Of a stretch of 64,000 nt of DNA, positions 51,257 through 61,399 are shown piece by piece (positions within the stretch are counted from its first letter, which is position 1; each line of letters starts with the position of its first letter). The notes below the pieces were generated by a model. It did no database searches and had not been told where the DNA came from. It saw only the letters and a list, made by a program, of their open reading frames with translations. The DNA lies in NCBI GenBank assembly GCA_963723005.1, contig CAVRPA010000006.1, positions 81,280 to 145,279 on the forward strand. The letters are read 5' to 3'. Position numbers and translations under genes: made by a program. The stretch comes from an uncultured Acidobacteriota bacterium (GTDB taxonomy: Bacteria > Acidobacteriota > Vicinamibacteria > Vicinamibacterales > UBA2999).

Positions 51257-53761
51257 ATGGCGGCTCGAAAGCAGCAGGGTCTGGAAGTGTGGAAGTTCGG
51301 CGGCGCGTCGCTGGCCGACGGGCAGGCGATCGCGCGCGCGGCCACTCGGATTGCCGCCCACGACGGCCCGCTGGTCGTCGTGGCCTCGGCACTCGGCGGC
51401 GTCACCGATCTGCTGCTCGACGGCGCCCAGCACGCGGTCGAAGGCCGCGATGACGAAGCGACGCGCGTCGCGCGGACCTTGCGCGACCGCCACCATGCCG
51501 CGGCGAAGACGGTGCTCGGCCGAGGCAAGGCGTTGCGCGACGCGCTGGCGGCGATCGACGCGTCCGTAGAGGAGTACCGGGACCTGTGCAAAGCGCTCGG
51601 CGTCCTGCGGCACCTGGCGCCGCGGACGCGCGACGCCCTGGTCTCGCGAGGCGAGCAGCTCTCCGCCACGATCGTCTCGGCGGCGATTGCCGGCGCACGC
51701 CGCCCGGCGCTGTTCGTCGATGCCCTCGACGTCATCCGTACCGACGATGCCCATGGCGGCGCCGCCCCGAAGCGCGGGGACACGGCGCTGCTGTCCGATC
51801 GCATCCTCAAGCCGCTGCTCAAGAAGGGCGTGGTTCCCGTCGTGCCCGGCTTCATCGGCCGCGCGCCGGATGACAGCATCACCACCCTCGGCCGCGGCGG
51901 CTCGGACCTCACCGCCACGCTGCTCGCGCGAGTGCTCGGCGCCCGCCGCGTGGTGCTGTGGAAAGACGTTCCCGGCATCCTCACCGCCGATCCGCGAGTG
52001 GTTCCGGACGCGCGCCTCATTCCCGAGCTGCACCACCAGGAAGCCGCCGAAGTGGCGCACTACGGCGCGAAGGTGCTCCACCCGCGGGCGCTGATCCCGA
52101 TTTCGGGAACGCGGATCACGCTGCACGTGCGCTCGTTCATCCATCCGGACCAGCCAGGCACCGAAGTCTCGGCGCGCCACGTGCTGCCGGGCTATCCGGT
52201 CAAGGCGCTTGCGATTCTTCCGGCCCAGGCCGTGGTCACGGTGGCCGGCAAGGGTATGGTCGGAGTCCACGGCATCGCGGCGCGGACCTTCGCCGCGGTG
52301 GACGCCGAACGGCTGTCGGTGTCCACAATCTTCCAGGCCTCGTCGGAAAGCTCGATTGGATTCACCGTTCCTTCGTCCGAGGCCGATCGCGCGGTGCGCG
52401 GCGTCAGCCACGCGTTCCGTCACGAGATCGACACCGGGTTGATCGACGGCGTGAGCGTTCGTCGCGGCGTCTCGGTGATTGCCGTCGTCGGTGAAGGCAT
52501 GGCGGGCACACCGGGGATCGCGGCGCGCGTGTTCTCCGCGCTCGAGAGCGGCGGCATCAACATCGTCGCGATTGCGCAGGGATCGTCCGAGCGCAACATC
52601 TCGTTCGTGGTGGCGTCGGAGCAGGCGACCGAGGCGGCGCGCCGTGTGCACGCGGCGTTTCAGCTGTCGAAGATTGGCGGCGGACGGGCAAGGGCGGTGC
52701 CGCACACCGATGTGGTGCTGCTGGGATTTGGCCGCGTCGGGCGCGCGCTGTCGGATCAGATCGCCGCCCTCGACGGCAACCGTCGCGTGCGCATCGTCGG
52801 GTTGCTGGACCGATCCGGCTATGTCTTCGACGCCCGCGGCCTGTCCCGATCGCGGCTGCTCCGCCTCGCCAGGCAGAAGGACGCCGGCGAGCTACTCGCC
52901 GATCTCGGCGGCACGCGCGCCTCGGCCAGGGACGCGCTGGCGCTGATGGCCAGTCACGCGGTGTCCCGGCCCGTGGTCGTGGACGTGACGAGCGAGCAGA
53001 CCGGCGATCTGCTGCGAATCGCGGCGACGGCAGGCTTCGACCTGGTGCTCGCGAACAAGAAGCCGCTCGCGGTGCCGTGGGACGAGTACGCCCGGCTGAT
53101 GGCGGCGGTCACCGGCGCGAGCCGGCACCTGCGCTACGAAGCCACCGTTGGCGCGGGGCTGCCCATCATCGACACCTTCGCGAAGCTCGCCGAAACCGGC
53201 GATCGCGTCCTGCGCATCGACGGCTGCGTCAGCGGGACGCTGATGTTCGTGCTGTCGCAGGCCTCGGCCGGCCGGCCGTTCTCCGAGGCCGTGCGTGAGG
53301 CGGTGGCGAAGGGGTATGCCGAACCGGACCCGCGTGAGGACCTGTCGGGCCAGGACGTCGCGCGCAAGGGGCTGATTCTGGCGCGGCTCCAGGGTTACCG
53401 CGGCACCGCCGCCATGCCTGACGATCTGGTGCCGGCGTCGATGAAGGCGCTGCCGCTGGAGGCGTTCATGGAGCAGTTGCCGTCGCTCGACGAGGCCTGG
53501 GCCCAGCGCGTGCAGCGGGAGTCGTCGCAGGGGCGGGTGTTGCGCTATGTCGTGACCGCGACCGCGAAGGGCGTCACCGCGAAGCTCGTGGCCGTGCCGG
53601 CAAGCAGTTCGATGGGCGCCGCCACCGGTACGCGCAACATCATCAGCTTCGTGTCGCGGCGGTATCGCGACGAGCCGATCGTGATCAGCGGACCGGGCGC
53701 GGGCGCCGCCGTCACCGCGGCCGGGATCCTCAACGACATCTGCGCGCTGTCCGGCCGCTAG
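51257..53761 (+). CDS. Bifunctional aspartate kinase / homoserine dehydrogenase (ThrA/MetL-type, two ACT domains)
   Basis: 'KFGGASL', 'TTLGRGGSD', 'YGAKVLHP', 'IAQGSSE', 'YEATVGAGLP', 'GYAEPDPREDLSG.DVARK', 'GPGAG'. Confidence 0.93.
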   Translation: MAARKQQGLEVWKFGGASLADGQAIARAATRIAAHDGPLVVVASALGGVTDLLLDGAQHAVEGRDDEATRVARTLRDRHHAAAKTVLGRGKALRDALAAIDASVEEYRDLCKALGVLRHLAPRTRDALVSRGEQLSATIVSAAIAGARRPALFVDALDVIRTDDAHGGAAPKRGDTALLSDRILKPLLKKGVVPVVPGFIGRAPDDSITTLGRGGSDLTATLLARVLGARRVVLWKDVPGILTADPRVVPDARLIPELHHQEAAEVAHYGAKVLHPRALIPISGTRITLHVRSFIHPDQPGTEVSARHVLPGYPVKALAILPAQAVVTVAGKGMVGVHGIAARTFAAVDAERLSVSTIFQASSESSIGFTVPSSEADRAVRGVSHAFRHEIDTGLIDGVSVRRGVSVIAVVGEGMAGTPGIAARVFSALESGGINIVAIAQGSSERNISFVVASEQATEAARRVHAAFQLSKIGGGRARAVPHTDVVLLGFGRVGRALSDQIAALDGNRRVRIVGLLDRSGYVFDARGLSRSRLLRLARQKDAGELLADLGGTRASARDALALMASHAVSRPVVVDVTSEQTGDLLRIAATAGFDLVLANKKPLAVPWDEYARLMAAVTGASRHLRYEATVGAGLPIIDTFAKLAETGDRVLRIDGCVSGTLMFVLSQASAGRPFSEAVREAVAKGYAEPDPREDLSGQDVARKGLILARLQGYRGTAAMPDDLVPASMKALPLEAFMEQLPSLDEAWAQRVQRESSQGRVLRYVVTATAKGVTAKLVAVPASSSMGAATGTRNIISFVSRRYRDEPIVISGPGAGAAVTAAGILNDICALSGR

Positions 53762-55416
53762 CGGCGCATCGCGGAGATCTGCTCGAGGTTCCGCCGCGCG
53801 TTCACGTGCTTCGGGTTCAACCGCAGCGCGGCCGAGAACTCGCGTTCCGCCTCCGGCAGCCGCCCGGACTGGGCCAGCGCAATCCCCAGGTTGTTGTGCG
53901 CGTCGGCGGCGTCGGGGGCAAGAGCCACCGCCGTCTGAAGCACCCGCATGGCATCGGGCAGGCGCTTGGCGCCGATGAGGGCGCTGCCGAGATTCGAGTA
54001 GGTCTCGGCGTTGTCCGGCGCCGCACGAATCGATCGCTCGAGCATGGCGATCGCCGCCGCGCTCTGCCCGCTCCGATCGAGCCAGACGCCGAGGTTGTTC
54101 ATCGCGCGCGCGTGATAGGGATTGATGTCGAGGGCGGCTTGATAGTGGGTCCTGGCTTCGTCGGTGCGGCCCATGCGATCGAGGACCGCGCCGAGGTTGT
54201 ATTCGGCGGCGGCGTCGCGCACGCGCGTGGCCTGCCGCAGCACCGACTCGGCTTCCGCGTACTGGCCGAGGTCGCTCAGCACGCGACCCTCTTCGACCAG
54301 GGTGTGGTGATCGCCGGGAACCACCTGCTGATGCTGCCTCAGGTAGTCCAGAGCTTCGCTGAACCGGCCCGAGGCCTGCAGCATGCCCGCCATCTCCATC
54401 AGGACATTCGGATCCCGGGGGTTGAACTGCAGCGCCCGGCGCACCAGGAACTCGCGCCAGGCGGCGTCGCCGCCACGTTCCGCGAGCGCGGCGTGCTTCA
54501 GCAACAGGTCGCGCATGCGCGACTGCGCAACGACGGCGTCCAGCAGCGGATCGGATGGCGGCGTGTAGGCGCGCGCGGCCTTCGTCTCGGCATCCTGTTT
54601 CGGCGCGTCGGCCGCCAACTGGACTCGCATGGTGCGGGCCGGGCCAAACGCCGGATATCTCGTGATGACCTGGTCGAGCGTCGCAATCGCCTGGGCTCGC
54701 TGACCACGGTCGATGGCCACGCGTGCCCGACCCATTTGCGCGTACGCCGCGAGGGGCGTGGCCTGCCGGGACGCGACGCCTGCCGCCACGAAAGGCGCCG
54801 CTGCGGGCGCCTTCGCGGCCAGATCGTAGGCCCGCTCCGCATCGTCCAGGCGCCCTTCCTTGAACGCGATCTCCCCGATGCGGAACCACGCCATGCCCTG
54901 CGCGGGGTCGATCGCGGTGACACGCGTGAAGGCGTCGAGTGCTTCGGGTTGGCGGCCCCGCTCCTCCAGCAGCAGGCCCCGGTAGTAGGTCCAGCGCCAT
55001 CCGGCCGGCTCCAACTGCTCCGCCAGCGCATAGGTGTCCATCGCCGGGCCCGGCAGCAGGCTGGCGTGATACGCCATGCCGAGGGCGCCGAGAGCGCCGG
55101 CCTCGCGCGGGTGAGATCGCGCCGCGGCATCGGCTTCCTCGACGTGCTGGCGCGCCGGCGCCGGAAGGCCGGACAGGTCAGCGAGCGCGGGCAGCATCGC
55201 GCCCTGCGCGCGGCGGGTGAGCGCCCCGGCGCCCCACCATGCGAGGGCGACGATCGCGACCGCTACTGCGACCGCGATGTACGGTCCCTTGTTCCTCGGT
55301 TCGACGTGCGGGGTGTCGCGCTGCGCGCGGCCTGCGTGAGCGCCCGGTGGGGATGCCGGCGCGGGAAGCGGCGAGCCCGATGGCGCCACCGCCTGCGGCC
55401 GGCGCTTCCGGCTCAT
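53758..55416 (-). CDS. Membrane-anchored TPR repeat protein
   Basis: N-terminal TM helix; many TPRs ('YNLG', 'NNLG', 'SNLG'); start overlaps the stop of the upstream FG-GAP gene. Confidence 0.88.
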   Translation of the reverse strand: MSRKRRPQAVAPSGSPLPAPASPPGAHAGRAQRDTPHVEPRNKGPYIAVAVAVAIVALAWWGAGALTRRAQGAMLPALADLSGLPAPARQHVEEADAAARSHPREAGALGALGMAYHASLLPGPAMDTYALAEQLEPAGWRWTYYRGLLLEERGRQPEALDAFTRVTAIDPAQGMAWFRIGEIAFKEGRLDDAERAYDLAAKAPAAAPFVAAGVASRQATPLAAYAQMGRARVAIDRGQRAQAIATLDQVITRYPAFGPARTMRVQLAADAPKQDAETKAARAYTPPSDPLLDAVVAQSRMRDLLLKHAALAERGGDAAWREFLVRRALQFNPRDPNVLMEMAGMLQASGRFSEALDYLRQHQQVVPGDHHTLVEEGRVLSDLGQYAEAESVLRQATRVRDAAAEYNLGAVLDRMGRTDEARTHYQAALDINPYHARAMNNLGVWLDRSGQSAAAIAMLERSIRAAPDNAETYSNLGSALIGAKRLPDAMRVLQTAVALAPDAADAHNNLGIALAQSGRLPEAEREFSAALRLNPKHVNARRNLEQISAMRR

Positions 55417-56750
55417 TGCCCCTTGCCCCAGTGGTTGGTCCACACCGTGACGCGGGACATGCGATCGTACGGATAGCTCATGTGCATCCCGCCGGTGACC
55501 AGGTCCGGCCTGGAGTCGCCGTCGATGTTCCCGATCGCCAGCGTGATCAAGTGCGTCGGCGACGTCGCGAGCGGATGCAGCGTGAAGCCCATCTTGCCGT
55601 CGTTCTCGAACCACGCCAGGCTCTGCGCGTCCGGCTGTTCCCAGTTGTTGTAGGCACTCACCACGGCGATGTCGGTGTCGCCGTCGCCGTCGAGATCCGC
55701 GGCCTGCGGGCTGGAGGCGCCCGAGAAATCGCCGATGCGGTGATAGACGAACCGCACGTTCCCGCGATTCTCGAGCCACTGCAGCCCGTTCCATCCACGG
55801 CCGGTCGGCGGCGCGTAGTCGAACGCGTCGCCGTTGCTGTAGATCACGTCGGCATCGCCGTCGCGGTCGAGATCGGCGAGGCTGATCCAGCTGGAACCAA
55901 AGTCCTCGTTGCTGGCGCCGAACACCCGCGTGGGCGAGAACGCGCCGTGCCCGTCGTTGACGAACACATAGATCTCTTCCCACTCCTGGCTGACGAGCGA
56001 GACGATGTCGAGATCGCGATCGCCGTCGACGTCGGCAATCTCCGCGTTGATGGCGCCGGACAGCGTCTGCAGCACATGGCTCTCGAAGCGCCAGCCGCCG
56101 AGGTTCTCCATCCAGCGCGTCTCGCCCTGGTCGTAGCCGAACTGCGCGACCGACAAGTCGAGGTCACCGTCCCCGTCGAGATCGCCGGCGCGGACATCCG
56201 ACACCCGCGCCACCTGATCGATCAGCACCCGGCTGGTGAAGGATTGCCGGCCGTCGTTCTCCAGCACGATAACGGAGCCGATCCTGGCGTTGTTCGGGAA
56301 GAGCACGCCCATGCTGGCCACGGCGATATCCAGATCGCCGTCGCGATCGAGATCCACCGGTTGCACGTGCGCGGGTCCGGCAATTTCCGCCAGCACCTGC
56401 TCGGTGAACGTCCCGGCAGGCGCCTGACGGATCCACGTCACACGGTTGGCGGCGCCGTCGGCGACGACGATGTCGGTGAGGCCGTTGCCGTCCAGATCCG
56501 CCAGGGCGACGTTGGCCACCAGCGGACGGTCGTCGGGGCCGACAGCTGGCCCCACCGGCATCGCGGTCAGGAAGTCGATGCGTTCGCCGACGCGCGCCGA
56601 CGCGCGACTCGCGGCGATCGTGTCGGCCAGCGTCGATGGCCGGCCGGAGAAGACCTCACCGAGGGTGAGCCCTGACTGCCGGATCTGGATCACGAAAACC
56701 AGGACGACCGCGATGGCGGTCGCCCCGACGAGCAGCCAAACACGCTTCAC
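55413..56750 (-). CDS. FG-GAP/VCBS repeat beta-propeller protein
   Basis: Seven 'D.DGDGD.D' repeats; N-terminal signal or anchor. Confidence 0.92.
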   Translation of the reverse strand: MKRVWLLVGATAIAVVLVFVIQIRQSGLTLGEVFSGRPSTLADTIAASRASARVGERIDFLTAMPVGPAVGPDDRPLVANVALADLDGNGLTDIVVADGAANRVTWIRQAPAGTFTEQVLAEIAGPAHVQPVDLDRDGDLDIAVASMGVLFPNNARIGSVIVLENDGRQSFTSRVLIDQVARVSDVRAGDLDGDGDLDLSVAQFGYDQGETRWMENLGGWRFESHVLQTLSGAINAEIADVDGDRDLDIVSLVSQEWEEIYVFVNDGHGAFSPTRVFGASNEDFGSSWISLADLDRDGDADVIYSNGDAFDYAPPTGRGWNGLQWLENRGNVRFVYHRIGDFSGASSPQAADLDGDGDTDIAVVSAYNNWEQPDAQSLAWFENDGKMGFTLHPLATSPTHLITLAIGNIDGDSRPDLVTGGMHMSYPYDRMSRVTVWTNHWGKGQ

Positions 56751-56759
56751 GCAGCGATT

Positions 56760-59018
56760 CTATGGCGTGACGGCTTCTGTTCGCATCAGTGTCTGCAACA
56801 GCTCCACAGCTGCCGGAAGGGAATGGAACGGAAGTTCGAAACAGTCGGCGGTGCGCATCCACTGAACGAGCGCCTCTGCCTGCGCCCGATCGAGCCTGTC
56901 GGTAGAAAGCCTCGATTCCGCGAGAAGTCTTCGAAGCGCTACGGGGCGTGCCATGGGCCGAAGCTCCGTCACGTTCGCCCGGTTGTACGCCGGAAAGACG
57001 ATCCACTGAACGCGATGCGGCGCATCGGTGGTCGGAAGCGAGTTGGCCGGTGGCTGCAGGTATCGGACCTCCAAGTGGTCCTCACGCCGATGGATCGCAA
57101 GCGAGTCGATGTCCGGGTAGAGGTGTCGCAGAGGCGCCAGACTACCAGCCTTCACGGTCAAGGCAAGCGGGACGGGCCGGGCGGCGAGCGAACCCTCTTC
57201 CAGAATGCCGATCTCATCGGAGAAATACGTTGCGCCGGACTGTATGAGGGCGGCGGTCAACGTGGTTTTGCCGCTTCCAGCTGCCGCAGGCATCAACACG
57301 CAACCGTTACCGAACGACACGACGCCGGCGTGAACGCTGAGCAGGCCAGGGCTGTTGTCCACGGCGATCGACCGCATCAACATCTTCAGCGTGGGCACCG
57401 CACTCCCGATCCCGTCGCACCGTGCTAGTAGCGAGGATCCTGAGAGGACGGCCAATCCGCCGTTTCGCGACAACTGAACCTTCAGCGTGACGTCCGGTTG
57501 GCCTTCTGCCTGCTCCAGGTGACCGAAGGCCTCGTGAATGCGCTGCCTGAGTGCAGCGGAGCCCACTTCCAGCGCGAATGTCGTCGCCACGAGGCGATAA
57601 AGCTTGGTTCCGGCCGTTCCGTGGTTTTCGAGCTGTCGGAAGCCGTGGTGATGAGCGCTTGCTGCGCACCCGGATTTCCTCCGCCTGGAGGTCCACTTCG
57701 TCGGGATCGAGACGAAGAAAAGCGTCGAGATCCTCTCCAACAATCTTGAGGTCGCCAGCGATCGCCGATGGGGAGTGCCTGAACTCGGCGCGCAGTCTTT
57801 CGTTCGTCAAGAGCTGCGCCAGCGCTGCGGTCAGCGGCACCGGGTTGCCGGCGTCGGTGCCAGGATGACTGACGTAGCCCTGTCCGAACCACTGCCGAAG
57901 GATGGTGCCTACGTGGCCCGATGCCTCCGCCGGCTGCCACACCGAAGGCACGTTGGTAGGCCTGGGTGATGGCATCGACTTCGAGTCCATCCTCTAGCAG
58001 GCACCACACGAGCGTGGCTTGAGTGTTGAACAGGGACAACTCCCGATGATGCGCCGAAAAGCAAACGCCTTCGTCTTCGAGCACGAACAACGAAACGTCT
58101 GGGGACAGCAGCGGTCGGTCGATCCTGGGGGTCGAAGGACTGCGTAACGGGAACTCGTGTTGGCGCTGCCTTGAGGTTCGATCCTGCGAAACGGCCGGAA
58201 GGCTCCGCAGACTACTGAACCTCGAGCAGGCGCATCCTCCGCTAGCCGGACGAGGCGGTCCAAGTCGCGCTTTCCGGGTTCTGCGTCGCCAACGCCGTCA
58301 ATCTCTTCGAGCAGCAGGTAATCGGGAGTTCCGCGCGCCAACAGGTATTCCAGGAGCACCCAGGCTTCCGCGTCTATGCTCCCGCCTCTGCGATGGCGCC
58401 ACCGACCCGCCTCCAGTTGCACGCCACCCAGGCGCGCCGCGCCGATCATTTCTGTGGGTACCTCGTCCAGCCAGCGATAAGGGCTGAAGGCGCGGTTCCG
58501 GCTATCGATCAGGAGGGTTGAAATATCGAGGAGGAGTCGGCATTCCGCCTTATGGCAGAGCCGTTTGAGAAACTCTGCTTCCTTCAATGAGCCAGGAATC
58601 CGCAGCGGAGCGGCAATCGGTTCGACCAGAATCGGCCGGCCGAGCGACTCCCGAGCCTGAATAACGTGCTCGGCCGTGGAGGAGACGGTGGATTCGCTGA
58701 AACCGATTGGAATGCTCGCGTCCAATCGGATACCGCCGGCTTTCGAGAAGCCGAGCGGCTGAACGAAGGTCGTGGCACATGTGCGCACTCGCCCAAAGCG
58801 GCTAGCGCTTGGAGTTCCTCGGGGTCGAGTGGGCCGGGCGTTCCGAGGGATAGGTGAGACGCTCGCAACAGGACGCTGCAGCGAGCACCCAACCACGCCA
58901 GGAACGCCGAGGGGCGTCCGAAGAATCCCTCGGCGGCAATCTCGATGGCCTCGGGAAGGGTCGACTCGCCCTCCGCCGCTCGCACGTCGGAGTCGCCTCC
59001 GACTGAAATGCCGATCAT
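56760..59018 (-). CDS. Probable multidomain RiPP-type maturase: degenerate DUF692/MNIO-like + PqqD/RRE + helical domain + HprK-related kinase (at least 4 frameshifts)
   Basis: 59018-58230: 'HLSLGTPGPLD', 'LGRPILVEP', 'EAEFL..LC....CRLLLDI', 'LLLEE'; 58100-57870: 'FVLEDEGV.F....L..FNTQATLVWCLL..G' (PqqD); 57650-56760: 'HAGVV..G..VLM.AAAGSGKTTL.AAL...G..YFSDE' (HprK-like P-loop). Confidence 0.75.
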
Positions 59019-59049
59019 GCAAACGTCAAATCAGGGACGGCCGACCGAA

Positions 59050-59313
<264 letters not shown>

Positions 59314-59403
59314 AAAGATTTAGCCTCGCCTCGCGTTTATGCTGTAAGTCCCTCGTTGAGGCGACTTTTGTCTGTAAGTCACCGCACTGGAGATCTGCGT
59401 CCA

Positions 59404-60631
59404 CTAGCGAAAGCGCCGAATTCCAGGTTTCAACAGCTTCCACGCTGGAACCATAGCAAAATTCATGCCCCAGGCTATCGGGAAGTACGCCCATCGTAAC
59501 ACGCCCGGCAGCGAAACGATTTCCAGGTGCCACCTCTGCGGTGAGAACAGTGTTCGGGTCACGTATCGGTATCGGTCACTCCAGTCGCTCGCGCATGCGC
59601 AGACGAAAGTTATCAAGCTGGTGATTTGGCGTGATCGCATGTGCCGGCTTGAACAGGTTCAACATTGCGCGCTGGCCTAATTTCCTGGCCAACGGGTCAG
59701 CCGCGAGTTCACGATGGATAACCGCCGGCAGGTTAGCGCCGGCGGCTCGGTGTGCAAGCCACAAGCTGAGCAATAGAATGCGGCCACAACCGGCCCGTCT
59801 CGCATCGGCTAAGCAGGTTTCCAGATCCAATTCAGTGAAGCGGTTCAACAACGCCGGCCACGTCGCGAATCCAGGAGAGTCGCTCCCAGTGATGCTTCGA
59901 CTCCGTGAATGGCCAAGGTCAGCAGAAGGTCTCCTGGCGTGAGCGACTGGACATTGCGCCCGGCAAGCACTGTCGGTTGCGCACGCGCGTACATTTTTTC
60001 ACAATCCAAATCGATCGCCAGGGCTCGCTGGCTGAACGCCCAGTGGGGCTCCACCACCATGTCGTCTGACAGACGGACGAACTGATACTCGCACTGGAGT
60101 CGCTCATACATCCGCCGTTGAGTCGGGTTCAGGCGGAATGTTCCGGGACCACGGCCCGCATCCTGATACCCGCGTGATTCGAGCACATCGCAAATCGCTT
60201 CCACATCCTGCCGACGGACGAGAAGGTCCAGATCGCCGGGCGCACGCAGCGAGACATCTCCGAACACCAGCTGCGCGAGCAATGGACCCTTGAAAGGGAC
60301 GGCAATGATGGACCGCTCTGCCAGCGCATTCAGCACGGCGAACAACTCGTCTACGAGCGCTGAACTCTGCTCGGCAAGGTGACCGCAGTGGTGACGAAGC
60401 GCCTGCTAGCAAGTCAGCGGGAACAAGAGATGGATCCGCCCGCTCAAGAGCCCCCAGTAGCGCCGGGGTCATCCGATGCCGGAGAGCAAGCTCGACCACC
60501 CGCTGCCAGTCCAATGGCTTGCGAAGTGCCTCATCGACGTCCTCCCCCGCACGATCGGCGACACTGGCGGCCGCAAGCAATAGGGCGTTTTCAGGAACGT
60601 CGATGATCGAGGATTCAGAGGACGTGGCCAC
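59404..60631 (-). CDS. Nucleotidyltransferase family protein (NTP_transf_5-like); at least 3 frameshifts
   Basis: 'LDWQRVVELALRHRM.P', 'FKGPLLA...GD..LR..GDLDLLV', 'VEPHW', 'LAIHG.KH.W.RL.W..D'. Confidence 0.85.
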
Positions 60632-60750
60632 AATGCTGCTCTCGAATCATCCTTCCGAGAGCATATCCGGATGTAATCGAGCGCACACAGCGGCACGCAG
60701 TCGCTTCGAAGCCCGGGCGGTTGAGAGTAGCAAACGCCGGATCGACCGCC

Positions 60751-61390
60751 CTAAGGTGTGACTCGCGAAACCTTCACGACCTTCGATGGGCGGCGTCAGC
60801 TTCTGGGCCTCGGTGTTGATGGTCCGGTTCGCCGACGAGGGCGCCTGCTGAATCTTCCGCACCACGTCCATCCCCGAAACCACGCGGCCGAAGGCCGCGA
60901 AGCCCTGACCATCGGGATTTCGCTTGCCGCCGAAGTCGAGCGACGGCTGATCGTTGATGCAGATGAACCAACCCGAGGTGGCGCTGTCCGCGCCGCCGCG
61001 GGCCATCGAGACGGCGCCGTCGGTGTGCTTCAATCCCGTCACGCTGGTGCGCTCGAGCGGGATGGGCGGAAAGCCGCTCTTGGCCTGGTCCTCGCGGACG
61101 CCGGCCTGGATCACCTCGATCTTCACCGGGCTCTCCGGCTGGTTGTCCATCTTGACGGTGCGGTGGAACGTGCCGCCGTCGTAGTGGCCGGCATCCACGT
61201 AGCGGAGGAAGTTCGCCACCGTTCCGGGCGCGCGTTTGCCGTCCACCTCGATGACGATGTCACCGAGTTCGGTCTGCACGCGCACGCGGGCAGTGGCTGG
61301 GGCTGCGGTCTGCGCGTGACCGAGCGGGCTGGCCCATGCCAGCCCGCCGATCACTACGAGAGCGCGAACAAACGTTCGTCGCGTCGTCAT
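60751..61390 (-). CDS. Exported cyclophilin-type peptidyl-prolyl isomerase; frameshift near the C-terminus (about 60785)
   Basis: 'AP.TVANFLRYV..G.YDG..FHR', 'H.DGAVSMAR..ADSATS.WFI', 'FGRVVSGMDVV.KI'; N-terminus 'TRRTF'. Confidence 0.9.
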
Positions 61391-61399
61391 CGGTGTGCC

